NCBI GenBank assembly: GCA_045567975.1
Contig: JBJLBY010000007.1
Location: forward strand, 1 to 39,534
Length of the DNA stretch: 39,534 bases
Direction of reading: 5' to 3'
From: Candidatus Poseidoniales archaeon
GTDB taxonomy: Archaea; Thermoplasmatota; Poseidoniia; MGIII; CG-Epi1
The position numbers and the translations under genes were made by a program. Below the pieces are notes generated by a model. The model was not told the DNA's origin. It ran no database searches and was given only the letters and a program-made list of their open reading frames with translations. Positions 1-8,775 of the stretch are shown piece after piece. Every line of letters begins with the position of its first letter. Within the stretch, counting starts at the first letter, position 1.

Positions 1-2
1 AG

Positions 3-230
3 GATAAAGGAAAAGAAGCTTTACCTCATGAACGCATAGTTAGATTTGCAGGATATTTCGCAGGTAAAGTTAGAGATACAACTAATACAGTTGTGGACAA
101 AGTAATGGAAATGCCTAACAATTATGCTGGAAGATGGATGGCAGTCAATGTAGCTTTTGGAATGGCATTTCATCTGCTACCAATAGTTTTCATGTTCTTT
201 TTAACAACAACTTACGATTGGAATCTATAG
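3..230 (+). CDS. C-terminal fragment of a hypothetical membrane-anchored protein (5' end lies outside the window)
   Basis: The frame is open from the window edge to TAG at 228-230. It is absent from the ORF track because it has no start in the window. It translates to ...ERIVRFAGYFAGKVRDTTNTVVDKVMEMPNNYAGRWMAVNVAFGMAFHLLPIVFMFFLTTTYDWNL, with one hydrophobic C-terminal helix. No family recognised. Confidence 0.3.
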   Translation, partial: DKGKEALPHERIVRFAGYFAGKVRDTTNTVVDKVMEMPNNYAGRWMAVNVAFGMAFHLLPIVFMFFLTTTYDWNL

Positions 231-785
231 ATTTGACAATAGTTTAAGCACATCTTTTTCTAAATCGGCCAAGCTACCACTATTATCTATAACAAAATCT
301 GCCTTAGATATAGTTGCTAAAAGTTGCTGTTTATTTGGATCATCACTTTTTTCTTCTAAAGATTCTTGATGAACAAATTCTTCCCAGGAAGAACTATCTC
401 CCTTTCGACCCCTCTGTTTTAATCTATCAAACCTAATCTTTTGATCTGCATCGACTAAGAATAAATTAAAAACGTGGTTGTCATAGCTTCTTTTTAACGA
501 ATCTACTTCTGAAGGATTCCTTATTGAATCTACGATGTGATTCTCAGATGATATAAGATTCTTTATCATTAGATCTGCAAGAACACTGGGTCCTCCTGAA
601 TTTCTTAAGTCATTACCTATCTGAATTAAATTTGCTCTACTTTCTTCTTTTCCTTTTTTCTTCAATTCTTGCCTCAAAGTGTCCGATAATGAATGATAAA
701 CAAAAGAATTTTTTTTCAAAATATCTGCAACTGCACCTTTACCAGCTGCATTACGACCAGTCAAACCTATAATGTGATAAGACAA
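225..785 (-). CDS. P-loop nucleotide/nucleoside kinase-like protein (dephospho-CoA kinase / UPF0200-like)
   Basis: Walker A IIGLTGRNAAGKG lies near the N-terminus, as in small NMP/dephospho-CoA kinases, and a lid-like RLKQRGRKGD follows. The maximal ORF reaches 881 but overlaps the mutase gene by 89 nt. A TTG at 785 preceded by GAGG (791-794) starts 5 aa before the P-loop and is the more plausible start. ATG at 842 is an alternative. Confidence 0.55.
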   Translation of the reverse strand: MSYHIIGLTGRNAAGKGAVADILKKNSFVYHSLSDTLRQELKKKGKEESRANLIQIGNDLRNSGGPSVLADLMIKNLISSENHIVDSIRNPSEVDSLKRSYDNHVFNLFLVDADQKIRFDRLKQRGRKGDSSSWEEFVHQESLEEKSDDPNKQQLLATISKADFVIDNSGSLADLEKDVLKLLSNL

Positions 786-792
786 AAAAACC

Positions 793-2508
793 TCAGAAAT
801 CCGAGCCTTCTCTATATTCTCCGAAAACTCCTCGAAGAACATCACACATTTCGCCAAGTGTAACTTTAGCTTTTGCTGCATCTATGAATATAGGCATCAA
901 ATTTTGTTCACCTTCTGCAGCCTTTTCAATAGCTGTTAAATACTTCTCTGCTTTACTTTGATTTCTGTTCTTCCTAATGTTCTTCAACCTATTACACTGT
1001 CTTTCGAAACCTTCTGGATCCATTTCCAAAATTGGAATTTCTACATCCTCATCTGATGTAAACTCATTAACGCCTACAACTATCCTTTCTTTATTGTCAA
1101 TTTCCTTTTGGTACTTGTAAGAAGCTGAGGCAATTTCTTTCTGGAAAAAACCCTTTTCAATGGCTGGAACTACACCTCCCAAAGAATCTATTCTATCAAA
1201 ATAGTCTCTAGCTTGTCTCTCCATATCATCTGTCAACCATTCCAAGTAGTAACTCCCTCCAAGGGGATCTATAACGTTAGCAACCCCTGATTCATGCGCA
1301 ATTACTTGCTGTGTCCTTAAAGCAATCTGAACGGCTTTCTCAGAGGGTAAAGCAAGTGCTTCATCCATAGAGTCTGTATGAAGTGATTGTGTTCCTCCCA
1401 ATACTCCAGCCATCGCTTGAATAGCAACACGTACAATATTTATCTCAGGCTGCTGAGCTGTGAGACTACAACCTGCGGTTTGAGTATGGAACCTTAACGT
1501 CCAACTTCTTGGATCTTTTGCACCATATTTATATCTCATATCTTTAGCCCAGATTCTTCTAGCTGCCCTATACTTTGCAATTTCCTCAAAGAAATCATTA
1601 TGCGCATTGAAGAAAAAGCTAAATCTTGGGGCAAATTCATCGATATTCAATCCCCTTTCAATAGCCCAATCTGCATATGCATAACCATCTGCCAAAGTAA
1701 ATGCTAGCTCTTGTACTGCTGTAGAACCTGCTTCCCTTATATGATAACCCGAAATAGAAATGGTATTCCATTTTGGCATATATTTTGTACCATACTCTAC
1801 TGTATCAGTAACCAATCTCATTGAAGGGTTTGGAGGGTAAATGTACTCCTTCTGTGCAATATATTCTTTAAGAATATCATTTTGGATTGTACCTCCCAAA
1901 TTTGACTTAGATATTCCCTGGTTTTCAGCATTAGCTATGTACATAGCCCAAACCATTGCTGCTGGTGAATTAATTGTCATTGACGTTGTAACTTTGTCCA
2001 ACGGAATCTTATCAAATAGTATAGACATGTCCTCCAAACTACTTACACCTACTCCACATTCGCCAAATTCACCTGCTGCAAAAGGAGAATCACTATCGTA
2101 ACCGTATAATGTGGGAAGATCAAAAGCTGTACTCAAACCCGTTTGGCCCTGTTTTAACAAATACTTAAAACGAGAATTAGTTTCTTCTGCAGAACCAAAA
2201 CCTGCAAACATCCTCATAGTCCATAATCTTCCTCTGTACATTGTAGAATGAATACCTCGAGTGTAAGGAAACTGGCCGGGGAAAGAAATATCGTTCTCAA
2301 AATCAATATCTGAAGTATCTAAGGAAGTATACAGCCTTTCTACCTTTTGGCTTGAAGTAGTAACAAACTCATCTCTTCTTTCGGGATATTTTTCTAAAGC
2401 AGGCTCCAAAACCTCACTAGACCATTTAGCATATGCCTTTTGATAGGAAGAATCGTCTTTCTCAGCATTATCTCCAGATTTTTCTGAAGCTTGTTTGTCA
2501 GCTTTCAT
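793..2508 (-). CDS. methylmalonyl-CoA mutase, large catalytic (substrate/CoA-binding) subunit
   Basis: 571 aa. Typical MCM TIM-barrel sequence throughout ([89 protein letters not shown]). There is no B12-binding domain, consistent with the split archaeal enzyme. Confidence 0.9.
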   Translation of the reverse strand: MKADKQASEKSGDNAEKDDSSYQKAYAKWSSEVLEPALEKYPERRDEFVTTSSQKVERLYTSLDTSDIDFENDISFPGQFPYTRGIHSTMYRGRLWTMRMFAGFGSAEETNSRFKYLLKQGQTGLSTAFDLPTLYGYDSDSPFAAGEFGECGVGVSSLEDMSILFDKIPLDKVTTSMTINSPAAMVWAMYIANAENQGISKSNLGGTIQNDILKEYIAQKEYIYPPNPSMRLVTDTVEYGTKYMPKWNTISISGYHIREAGSTAVQELAFTLADGYAYADWAIERGLNIDEFAPRFSFFFNAHNDFFEEIAKYRAARRIWAKDMRYKYGAKDPRSWTLRFHTQTAGCSLTAQQPEINIVRVAIQAMAGVLGGTQSLHTDSMDEALALPSEKAVQIALRTQQVIAHESGVANVIDPLGGSYYLEWLTDDMERQARDYFDRIDSLGGVVPAIEKGFFQKEIASASYKYQKEIDNKERIVVGVNEFTSDEDVEIPILEMDPEGFERQCNRLKNIRKNRNQSKAEKYLTAIEKAAEGEQNLMPIFIDAAKAKVTLGEMCDVLRGVFGEYREGSDF

Positions 2509-2552
2509 TACTTCGCGAATATTATGGCTAAATAAGGATTTACTGTCTAGTG

Positions 2553-2564
2553 AAAACTATATAT
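2553..2564 (+). promoter_or_regulatory. TATA-like box (AAAACTATATAT) for the RNase P RNA gene
   Basis: An A/T box centred about 2559-2560, roughly 26-28 nt upstream of the inferred 5' end of helix P1 (2588). This is the classical archaeal TATA-to-TSS spacing. Confidence 0.35.
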
Positions 2565-2587
2565 CCTACGCAGAAAATATTTGGACA

Positions 2588-2884
2588 GTCAGGAGATGGA
2601 GGGCGGCCGACGGCCATAGGCTGAGGAAAGTCCCCTCTCCATGAGCAAAGCAGCCGCAAGGAACCCGAGAGGGTTGGCTCTGTAACAGAAACGACACAGA
2701 CCCATCTTAGGAATGATCGCCCCGGGCGTGACGTCGATGGTGTATTTGATGAAACGAACATCCCTGCTGGAGCAATTCCAAGTAACCGCAACGACCTGCT
2801 CGGGAGCGGTAGGTAGGAAGCAAAGCTGAATGCCGCTAGCCGGATATCCGGGTAACAGAAAGGGGCTTACTCCCATCACCTGAC
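2588..2884 (+). ncRNA. rnpB: RNase P RNA (archaeal/type-A-like)
   Basis: A GC-rich island in an AT-rich genome. It contains CR-I GAGGAAAGTCC (2623-2633), an internal GTAACAGAAAC, and CR-V GGGTAACAGAAAGGGGCTTAC near the 3' end. A terminal P1 helix is possible: 5' GTCAGGAGATGGAG (2588-2601) pairs with 3' CTCCCATCACCTGAC (2870-2884). An AT/T-rich tract follows. Ends are approximate (+/- 5 nt). Confidence 0.85.
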
Positions 2885-3059
2885 GATTATATATTTTATA
2901 GAAGATAACTATATAAAGAGGCTTCACTCCGCGCCGAACATAATGGCCGCAGACTATTCGGAAGAACCAAAATGCACGCAAAAAGGTACTGGATGGGTTA
3001 CATTTAGCCCTAGTGGAAACACCCTAAAGAAAAAACTCTTGAAGAAAAAAATTATCAAA

Positions 3060-3413
3060 CTATCTAAAAAATCTATAATGTAAAAAAGTTCCGAAAAAGA
3101 CTCCTAAAAAATCAAAAACTAAGTCTACCAAGGAGGAATCTCTTCCATCAACAAAGCTTTGATGGTACTCATCTAAACAAGAAATCAAAATTCCTACTTT
3201 AATCGAAAGACTGAGTATCTGATCAAGTTCTTTCGAATTAAAAGACAAAGAGCCAAATATTAAGAAACCTAGAATTGAAAATTCGACAAAATGAAAAAGT
3301 TTATCTACGTTTTTGATGTTTGGAGAAACATCTGAAATATCGTCTGCAGGTTGGTGACTTAGTATCGTTATTAGAATTATGTAAGTTAATGTTATAGTCC
3401 AAGGAATTTGCAT
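3060..3413 (-). CDS. VanZ-like small membrane protein
   Basis: 117 aa with 3-4 TM helices. VanZ-type pattern DKLFHFVEFSILGFL ... DEYHQSFVDGRDSSLVDLVFDFLGVFFG. Confidence 0.55.
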   Translation of the reverse strand: MQIPWTITLTYIILITILSHQPADDISDVSPNIKNVDKLFHFVEFSILGFLIFGSLSFNSKELDQILSLSIKVGILISCLDEYHQSFVDGRDSSLVDLVFDFLGVFFGTFLHYRFFR

Positions 3414-3418
3414 TTTTT

Positions 3419-4153
3419 CTACAGACTACCGTCTTTCATCCTTGCTAAATCATCTAAGTCGTAAGAATCGAAATTATTGGGTGGTTCTCCATCAATTTGA
3501 TTAGCAATATCTTGACTTTCAATTGCCCAATACATGACTGATTCTTCATTATTTGAGTGATGCGGATGATCTGGATCTTCATGATCATGGGGGGATTGGT
3601 AACCCATATTAACTAAACCAAGTAAATGTCCAAACTCATGTACAATTACTGATTTCTCAATATCCTTATCTGATATCAAAAGGAAAGATGCATCATCTAT
3701 TTTTTCCTTGAATAAAACAAATGAAGAACCTTTGTAAGCTACACCTAATGCTTGTTCATTATCTTGATACTCTCCATTGAGATACAAGATATGAATTATG
3801 AAAGTATTACCACTTTTATATCTTTGTCGCTGAGCATCCTCTATTGCTAATATCTCCTCTAAGGTATAACTATCATCGGTACTACCAAATGAGTTTTGGC
3901 TAACAGAAATTGATGATTTATCGGTAACTTCTTCAATTCTTGTTTTTAGAAGGTTTATTGCGTCCGAATCTGGGGCATTATCTGTCACATAATTTATTTC
4001 AATATGTAATCTTGAATATTTAGAAGCCTGAAGAATTTCATAACGGCAATCGCCGGTCACATTCTCACAAGAAGATATATCGTCTCTGAGATCTTCTAGG
4101 CAACCTGGCATCAAGAAAATAAGCATTACGAAAGCAATTTTCAGGCTCTTCAT
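3419..4153 (-). CDS. secreted/lipid-anchored zinc metalloprotease (HExxH zincin, possible metzincin)
   Basis: Signal peptide plus lipobox-like MKSLKIAFVMLIFLMPGC. Active-site motif VIVHEFGHLLGL, followed by the His-rich loop SPHDHEDPDHPHH and a possible Met-turn SVMY. Confidence 0.7.
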   Translation of the reverse strand: MKSLKIAFVMLIFLMPGCLEDLRDDISSCENVTGDCRYEILQASKYSRLHIEINYVTDNAPDSDAINLLKTRIEEVTDKSSISVSQNSFGSTDDSYTLEEILAIEDAQRQRYKSGNTFIIHILYLNGEYQDNEQALGVAYKGSSFVLFKEKIDDASFLLISDKDIEKSVIVHEFGHLLGLVNMGYQSPHDHEDPDHPHHSNNEESVMYWAIESQDIANQIDGEPPNNFDSYDLDDLARMKDGSL

Positions 4154-4205
4154 GATTTACTATTAATGGCACTGATTAAAAAGTTGCTAATCAAACAATT
4201 ACTGC

Positions 4206-4799
4206 TCAATAGATTGGACCCAATACTAAACGAGGATCTGGGAAATCTTTCATTGCCCTTTCCCTATCTTCCGCAGATACTACCCCTGGTAAATCATGAG
4301 TAAGGGGCTCAGCATAGGATAATTGAAAATGTAGATGTGGCTCCCAACCTCCATTCTCACTGTAATCACCAAACCAAGCAAGAACCTCTCCTTTGCTGAC
4401 TTTTTGACCCACTTTTTTTCCACTTATTGAAGCTGAATCCAAATGACCAAATAAGGCCCAAAAATTCTTCCCAGATAGCACATGCTTCGTTATTAGTACA
4501 AAACCATAGTCTCCTGGTTCAGAATTATAACCGAAATGTGATATTTCACCATCCAAAAAAGCCATACAAGGAGTTCCCACAGGCCCGCCAATATCTATGC
4601 CCATGTGGATATTACGAACTCCCTCAAACAAATTCGTGTTGTACATATCTGGCCTAACTTCGTTATACTTTCCTACACAAAATTTTCCTGAAGGTGAATT
4701 CCAATTAGATTTGTTTAAATCAAGAACTAGATAATCTTCTGGCAAGTCAACTACTGGATAAAAATCATGCTCTTCCCATTTAATCTGATTCTCTTCCAA
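4206..4799 (-). CDS. M23 (LytM-type) metallopeptidase family protein, no signal peptide
   Basis: M23 signatures HMGIDIGGPVGTPCMAFLDGEI, FGHLDS and PHLHFQL. TTG start preceded by GGAGG 7 nt upstream. It overlaps the birA stop by 20 nt. Confidence 0.8.
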   Translation of the reverse strand: MEENQIKWEEHDFYPVVDLPEDYLVLDLNKSNWNSPSGKFCVGKYNEVRPDMYNTNLFEGVRNIHMGIDIGGPVGTPCMAFLDGEISHFGYNSEPGDYGFVLITKHVLSGKNFWALFGHLDSASISGKKVGQKVSKGEVLAWFGDYSENGGWEPHLHFQLSYAEPLTHDLPGVVSAEDRERAMKDFPDPRLVLGPIY

Positions 4800-5412
4800 G
4801 ATGAACCTCCTCTGCGTATAAATTAACCATTTGGTTGGATGATCGAACTAGTAAGGAGCCATCATCTGCTATTGATTCGGCAACTCCACGATTATTATCC
4901 CAAAAAACTTCTTGACCGATTAAAGTATCAAAGTATTCAAAACTTGAGATTATTTCGTCGTTAGATTCTTCAAAAAATCTTTCAAAATTTAATAAAAAAG
5001 AAGACAAAAAAAAGCTATAAGAAAATTCCACTCCTTTAGAAGCCAGTGTAATACTATTTGAAGAAAGAACCTTATTAGTTATATTAAGACCAACTCCTGA
5101 AATAGAATAAGGGCCTAAATTCTCACACAAAATCCCACCCAATTTCTTTCCACCGAAAATAATATCATTAGGCCATTTCAAAGATATTTCTTTGACAAAA
5201 TTCTGCATGGAAGTAGCTACACTTATGCCGACAATCAACGGTAATAGTCTATGATTATTAGATATAAAAGAAAAATACAGGCCTCCAAGTGAGGATTCCC
5301 AAGAATTACCCAAACGCCCTCTACCTGCAGTTTGCTCTCTTGAAAGAATAATATCACCCTTATTCTCCGAATATTCAGATAACCAATTATTGGTTGAACT
5401 TACTTTCTCCAT
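4780..5412 (-). CDS. birA: biotin--[acetyl-CoA-carboxylase] ligase (class I, no HTH domain)
   Basis: Classic BPL motif QTAGRGRLGNSWESSLGGLYFS, plus KWPNDIIFGGKKLGGIL. ATG at 5412 is preferred over the track's TTG at 5424, which overlaps the PolD stop. Confidence 0.8.
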   Translation of the reverse strand: MEKVSSTNNWLSEYSENKGDIILSREQTAGRGRLGNSWESSLGGLYFSFISNNHRLLPLIVGISVATSMQNFVKEISLKWPNDIIFGGKKLGGILCENLGPYSISGVGLNITNKVLSSNSITLASKGVEFSYSFFLSSFLLNFERFFEESNDEIISSFEYFDTLIGQEVFWDNNRGVAESIADDGSLLVRSSNQMVNLYAEEVHLGRESD

Positions 5413-5420
5413 TATATGTA

Positions 5421-8400
5421 TCAAAGGAAGGCACCAAGATCCATTTGCTTAATCTGCTCATTCTCAAGAGTGTCTTCAATAGAGCTAAACGCAAGCTCTA
5501 AACGTTGCTTGATGAACTGACGTGAACCATACTCATTAGAAACATATTCAGCTATCTTTTTGTATTTTGACACTGAAGCTGGAGATATATTTAATTGCAA
5601 ACTTCCACCACAAACACAGGACTCTTTTAAGGGTGGGCGACGGTATTTCTTATTACATTTTTTACACCTTACACCTTGTGTAGTAAATGAACGAAGATTA
5701 CCAATTATATCTCTTATGAAATGTTTCTCAATTGTTTGCTCTGCAACATACTTGGAATCTGATGCTCGTATTTTTTCAGCTAATTCTAAAGATGCAAGTG
5801 CCTTTTCCGCCATTGACCCTAAGGAAACATATCTAGATTCATTAGGTCCCAAATTAATATTAGATGACTTATGTGAAAAACTGTAATTTTCATACTGCTC
5901 TGGACTATCTAGCCTTGTTTTAACCAAGTCTAAGTGTTCCAAAACTGCAGATGGATTCGAATATTTTTCAGTGAGATTGTACAATTCTAGAGGGTATGAG
6001 TCATTCAATTCCACATTATGAGCCTCACTGTCTATTTCGATAGGGTCAATACGTGTAGAAAGAACTCTAGGTATATCCATAGTTCCTCCTCGAGTAGTGG
6101 GCACAAAACTATCTGAATAATTTAGCAAACCTTCAAGAAGAAGCATTATGGAATCTTCATCCCCATCGCAATTACGTCTTTTTGCAGCATGCAAAAAAGG
6201 ATGTCCATACTGTGCTTTAGCTGATGTAAATCCGATTAAACGAGTAAGAACACCTGCTGATGTGTGAGGACTTAATGCTATCATCAAGTTACCAATCAAT
6301 TCAGTCGGATCCGAATTTGGACTTAAACCGTAAAATGGTTCCAAACCATAAAGTTTAGACAGTTCTTCATCCACAAAATTAGAAACTTTGACTAGCCAAT
6401 TCCCGGCTCTATCTGAGATTACTAAATCCTGTACTTTGAGCTCTAATAATTGGTCCTCAGATACCAAATCATCTCCATTAATATCCTTAGAATATCCCAA
6501 TTCTTTAGCTTTCTCTAAAGATAAACCAATTTCCTTCGGATAAAAATGTGTTATAGGCAAATCAATCATATCATATCTCAATGTTCCATCCTTGTAGACT
6601 CTCAAGTCGTATTTAGAACGCAAAATTCCTTTCTCAAGACACTCAGGTATTTTATACTTGGACTTCAAATCCTTTACACCTTTGATTTTAGGTAATATTC
6701 CTGTTTTTGTATTGTTCATAGCTTTAGCTAACAAATCAGATACATCAACTAACCTTTTCCTCGGTTGTTCTTTAACCATAGTGTGAGAACTACAACAGCG
6801 AATTGATACTGTCTCTTTATTACAAACTTTACAATAACGTAACTGTGTTTCTATCTCTATTTTACCTGTATTTCTTTGAGCAAAACCTCGAGTAGAACTT
6901 CCTGCTTTAACTGCTGTGTTAACTAATCTCTGATTACCACCATATTCACCAAGAGGAAAAAGAACATGGGGTGGAGGTTTCATACGCCTCTCATTAGCCT
7001 TTTCAGGACGACCCATACTTGCACCTACTCTTGTTGGTGCGCGATTTTTGACCTCAACATCTGCCAAATAAGAAACTAATTCTAACGATGAATCTATATC
7101 ATGAGGATCTCTTAATGATACTAATTCACCATTTTTGGCTTCAAGTCCCAATAAACCAGTCAAAGGTTCAAATCCATCATTTAAAAACAATACCTTATCA
7201 ACAGTCGAATAAAATATTCCTAATCTCTGAAATATATCCTTGTACAACAATTTAAATTTGTTTTTAGTTACATCTAAAGAATCCTTAACCAATTGATTTC
7301 TGAGATCTAAGATTTCTCTAGTATTAAGATCAGCCCAGAAATAAGTAAATTTAGGATGTAAAGGGACATTTTTTGATTTACTAAATTCCAAAAGAGAATC
7401 AAAGTCATATTCCCCCTCATAGGATTTAATCTTCATATTCTTGAGAATGGCTTCCCACCATTCAATACACCAACCTGATGGTTGAAGTGGATGATTATTC
7501 TCAACAAATTCTCCGAATGGAATCAATATTTCACCTAAGTCTACAATAGACTCCACAGTATCAACTACTTTTTTGGCTTCTTCAAAAGAGTCTAATCTGA
7601 TAAAACTGCCATCTTTTAGAGTAACTGAAGGACCTTCTATAGAATCACAGGGTGTCGCAGCTGTAGCCTTCCCCGGTAGTTGTAGCTTAAGTTGGGTTCC
7701 AATAGCTGCAAAAGAATCTACAATCAGCATTGTTGAGGGATGAATTGACATAGAAGCCAAACCTGCTAAGCGTGATCTGCCATACCTTAACCGAAATGCT
7801 CCAGGTTCATCAGGAAATGCAAAAATTGGCCTACCAGCCAAAACATCTTTCAAATATTTATGTTCTTTGACATCACCAGAAGCCGAAGCTCTTTTTTTCT
7901 CAGTATATGTTCTAAGAAAGTCCCATCCACTTATACCCAATCTGTCCACATGTTTCAAAACCTTGGCAGCTTTAAGGCAAAGACCTTCAGCCAGAACTAA
8001 ACAGGCCCCGCCTCTCAAAGAATTAGTTTCAACTCGAGGCAAATCACGATTTCCTGCGACTTCCATACGCTCAGTCCTCTCACCTGTAATACAAATCGGA
8101 CATGATTTTACAATAGTGTCTATCTCATCAGGACTAGGAACATACTGAAGATTGACTGCTCTTTTGTATAAGGGGATTTCTTCCTTGTATCTTTCTACTT
8201 CGGCGGGAGTTGGAATATATGAATCTAAGCCTAATTCTCTCCTAACGACATCAGCTATCAAAACTGAAAGTGCTTGAGCTGTACCTCCTGCAGCTCTGAT
8301 AGGTCCAGCATAGTAAATTGAGGCACATTTAGTATTGTTATTATTTTCCAAAGTACTTACTTTGACAACGCCTTCTGTTGGCGCAACTAGAACACCTTCA

Positions 8401-8735
8401 GTCAATATTGAAAGGGATGTTCTGACTGCTTGTTCTAAAGCTAATTCTATGCCCATCTCGTTTTTCAATTCCCCTGCCAATTCCTTCGCAATGATTAAGG
8501 CAGTCGATTCCCTATCATGCGTCTCAGCTATCTTCCTGATTCGAGGTGCAATACCTTCAGGTCCAACTTGCGCCTCCACCCTCTCAGCAAGATCTTTAGC
8601 TCGAGGAATTTCTGAGTCATCAGAAGGATCAAAACCTGCTTTACGCGCTTTTGATACTAATTCATAACAATCTTCAGCTTTATCTTCTAAATTACGGAAA
8701 TATGTCTGCATTTCTTCTGATGCTACTAGTGCCAC
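5421..8735 (-). CDS. polC: DNA polymerase II (PolD) large subunit DP2
   Basis: 1104 aa with a GTG start. N-terminus typical of DP2 (YFRNLEDKAEDCYELVSKARKAGFDPSDDSEIPRAKDLAERVEAQVGPEG), cysteine Zn clusters (CKVCNKETVSIRCC; CKKCNKKYRRPP...CVCGG), HPFLHAAKRRNCDGDED. The length gives no room for an intein. Confidence 0.92.
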   Translation of the reverse strand: MALVASEEMQTYFRNLEDKAEDCYELVSKARKAGFDPSDDSEIPRAKDLAERVEAQVGPEGIAPRIRKIAETHDRESTALIIAKELAGELKNEMGIELALEQAVRTSLSILTEGVLVAPTEGVVKVSTLENNNNTKCASIYYAGPIRAAGGTAQALSVLIADVVRRELGLDSYIPTPAEVERYKEEIPLYKRAVNLQYVPSPDEIDTIVKSCPICITGERTERMEVAGNRDLPRVETNSLRGGACLVLAEGLCLKAAKVLKHVDRLGISGWDFLRTYTEKKRASASGDVKEHKYLKDVLAGRPIFAFPDEPGAFRLRYGRSRLAGLASMSIHPSTMLIVDSFAAIGTQLKLQLPGKATAATPCDSIEGPSVTLKDGSFIRLDSFEEAKKVVDTVESIVDLGEILIPFGEFVENNHPLQPSGWCIEWWEAILKNMKIKSYEGEYDFDSLLEFSKSKNVPLHPKFTYFWADLNTREILDLRNQLVKDSLDVTKNKFKLLYKDIFQRLGIFYSTVDKVLFLNDGFEPLTGLLGLEAKNGELVSLRDPHDIDSSLELVSYLADVEVKNRAPTRVGASMGRPEKANERRMKPPPHVLFPLGEYGGNQRLVNTAVKAGSSTRGFAQRNTGKIEIETQLRYCKVCNKETVSIRCCSSHTMVKEQPRKRLVDVSDLLAKAMNNTKTGILPKIKGVKDLKSKYKIPECLEKGILRSKYDLRVYKDGTLRYDMIDLPITHFYPKEIGLSLEKAKELGYSKDINGDDLVSEDQLLELKVQDLVISDRAGNWLVKVSNFVDEELSKLYGLEPFYGLSPNSDPTELIGNLMIALSPHTSAGVLTRLIGFTSAKAQYGHPFLHAAKRRNCDGDEDSIMLLLEGLLNYSDSFVPTTRGGTMDIPRVLSTRIDPIEIDSEAHNVELNDSYPLELYNLTEKYSNPSAVLEHLDLVKTRLDSPEQYENYSFSHKSSNINLGPNESRYVSLGSMAEKALASLELAEKIRASDSKYVAEQTIEKHFIRDIIGNLRSFTTQGVRCKKCNKKYRRPPLKESCVCGGSLQLNISPASVSKYKKIAEYVSNEYGSRQFIKQRLELAFSSIEDTLENEQIKQMDLGAFL

Positions 8736-8753
8736 AACCTAGCAAGGGGCGCT

Positions 8754-8770
8754 GGTTATTATCTATTTGG
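8754..8770 (-). promoter_or_regulatory. TATA-like box upstream of the PolD large-subunit gene
   Basis: The minus strand reads CCAAATAGATAATAACC, centred about 27 nt upstream of the GTG start at 8735. This implies a leaderless or near-leaderless mRNA. Confidence 0.3.
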
Positions 8771-8775
8771 CAATG

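Noticed and set aside
2917-2965. GC-rich patch downstream of RNase P RNA as a tRNA or C/D-box sRNA
   Set aside because: I found no GTTCRAATC-type T-loop, no cloverleaf, and no RUGAUGA/CUGA box pair on either strand. It is kept only as a low-interest note.
2540-2981. Two minus-strand ORFs of 83 and 130 aa (2540..2791, 2589..2981)
   Set aside because: They lie antisense over the RNase P RNA gene. Their open frames are explained by GC-rich structured RNA lacking stop triplets. The translated sequences are low-complexity with no start context or homology features.
5560-8667. Plus-strand ORFs antisense to PolD (5560..5886, 7867..8148, 8335..8667), and the possibility of an intein in PolD
   Set aside because: The antisense ORFs have no motifs and are nested in a highly conserved gene. 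At 1104 aa, DP2 is of ordinary intein-free length, and no Hint/endonuclease blocks were seen.
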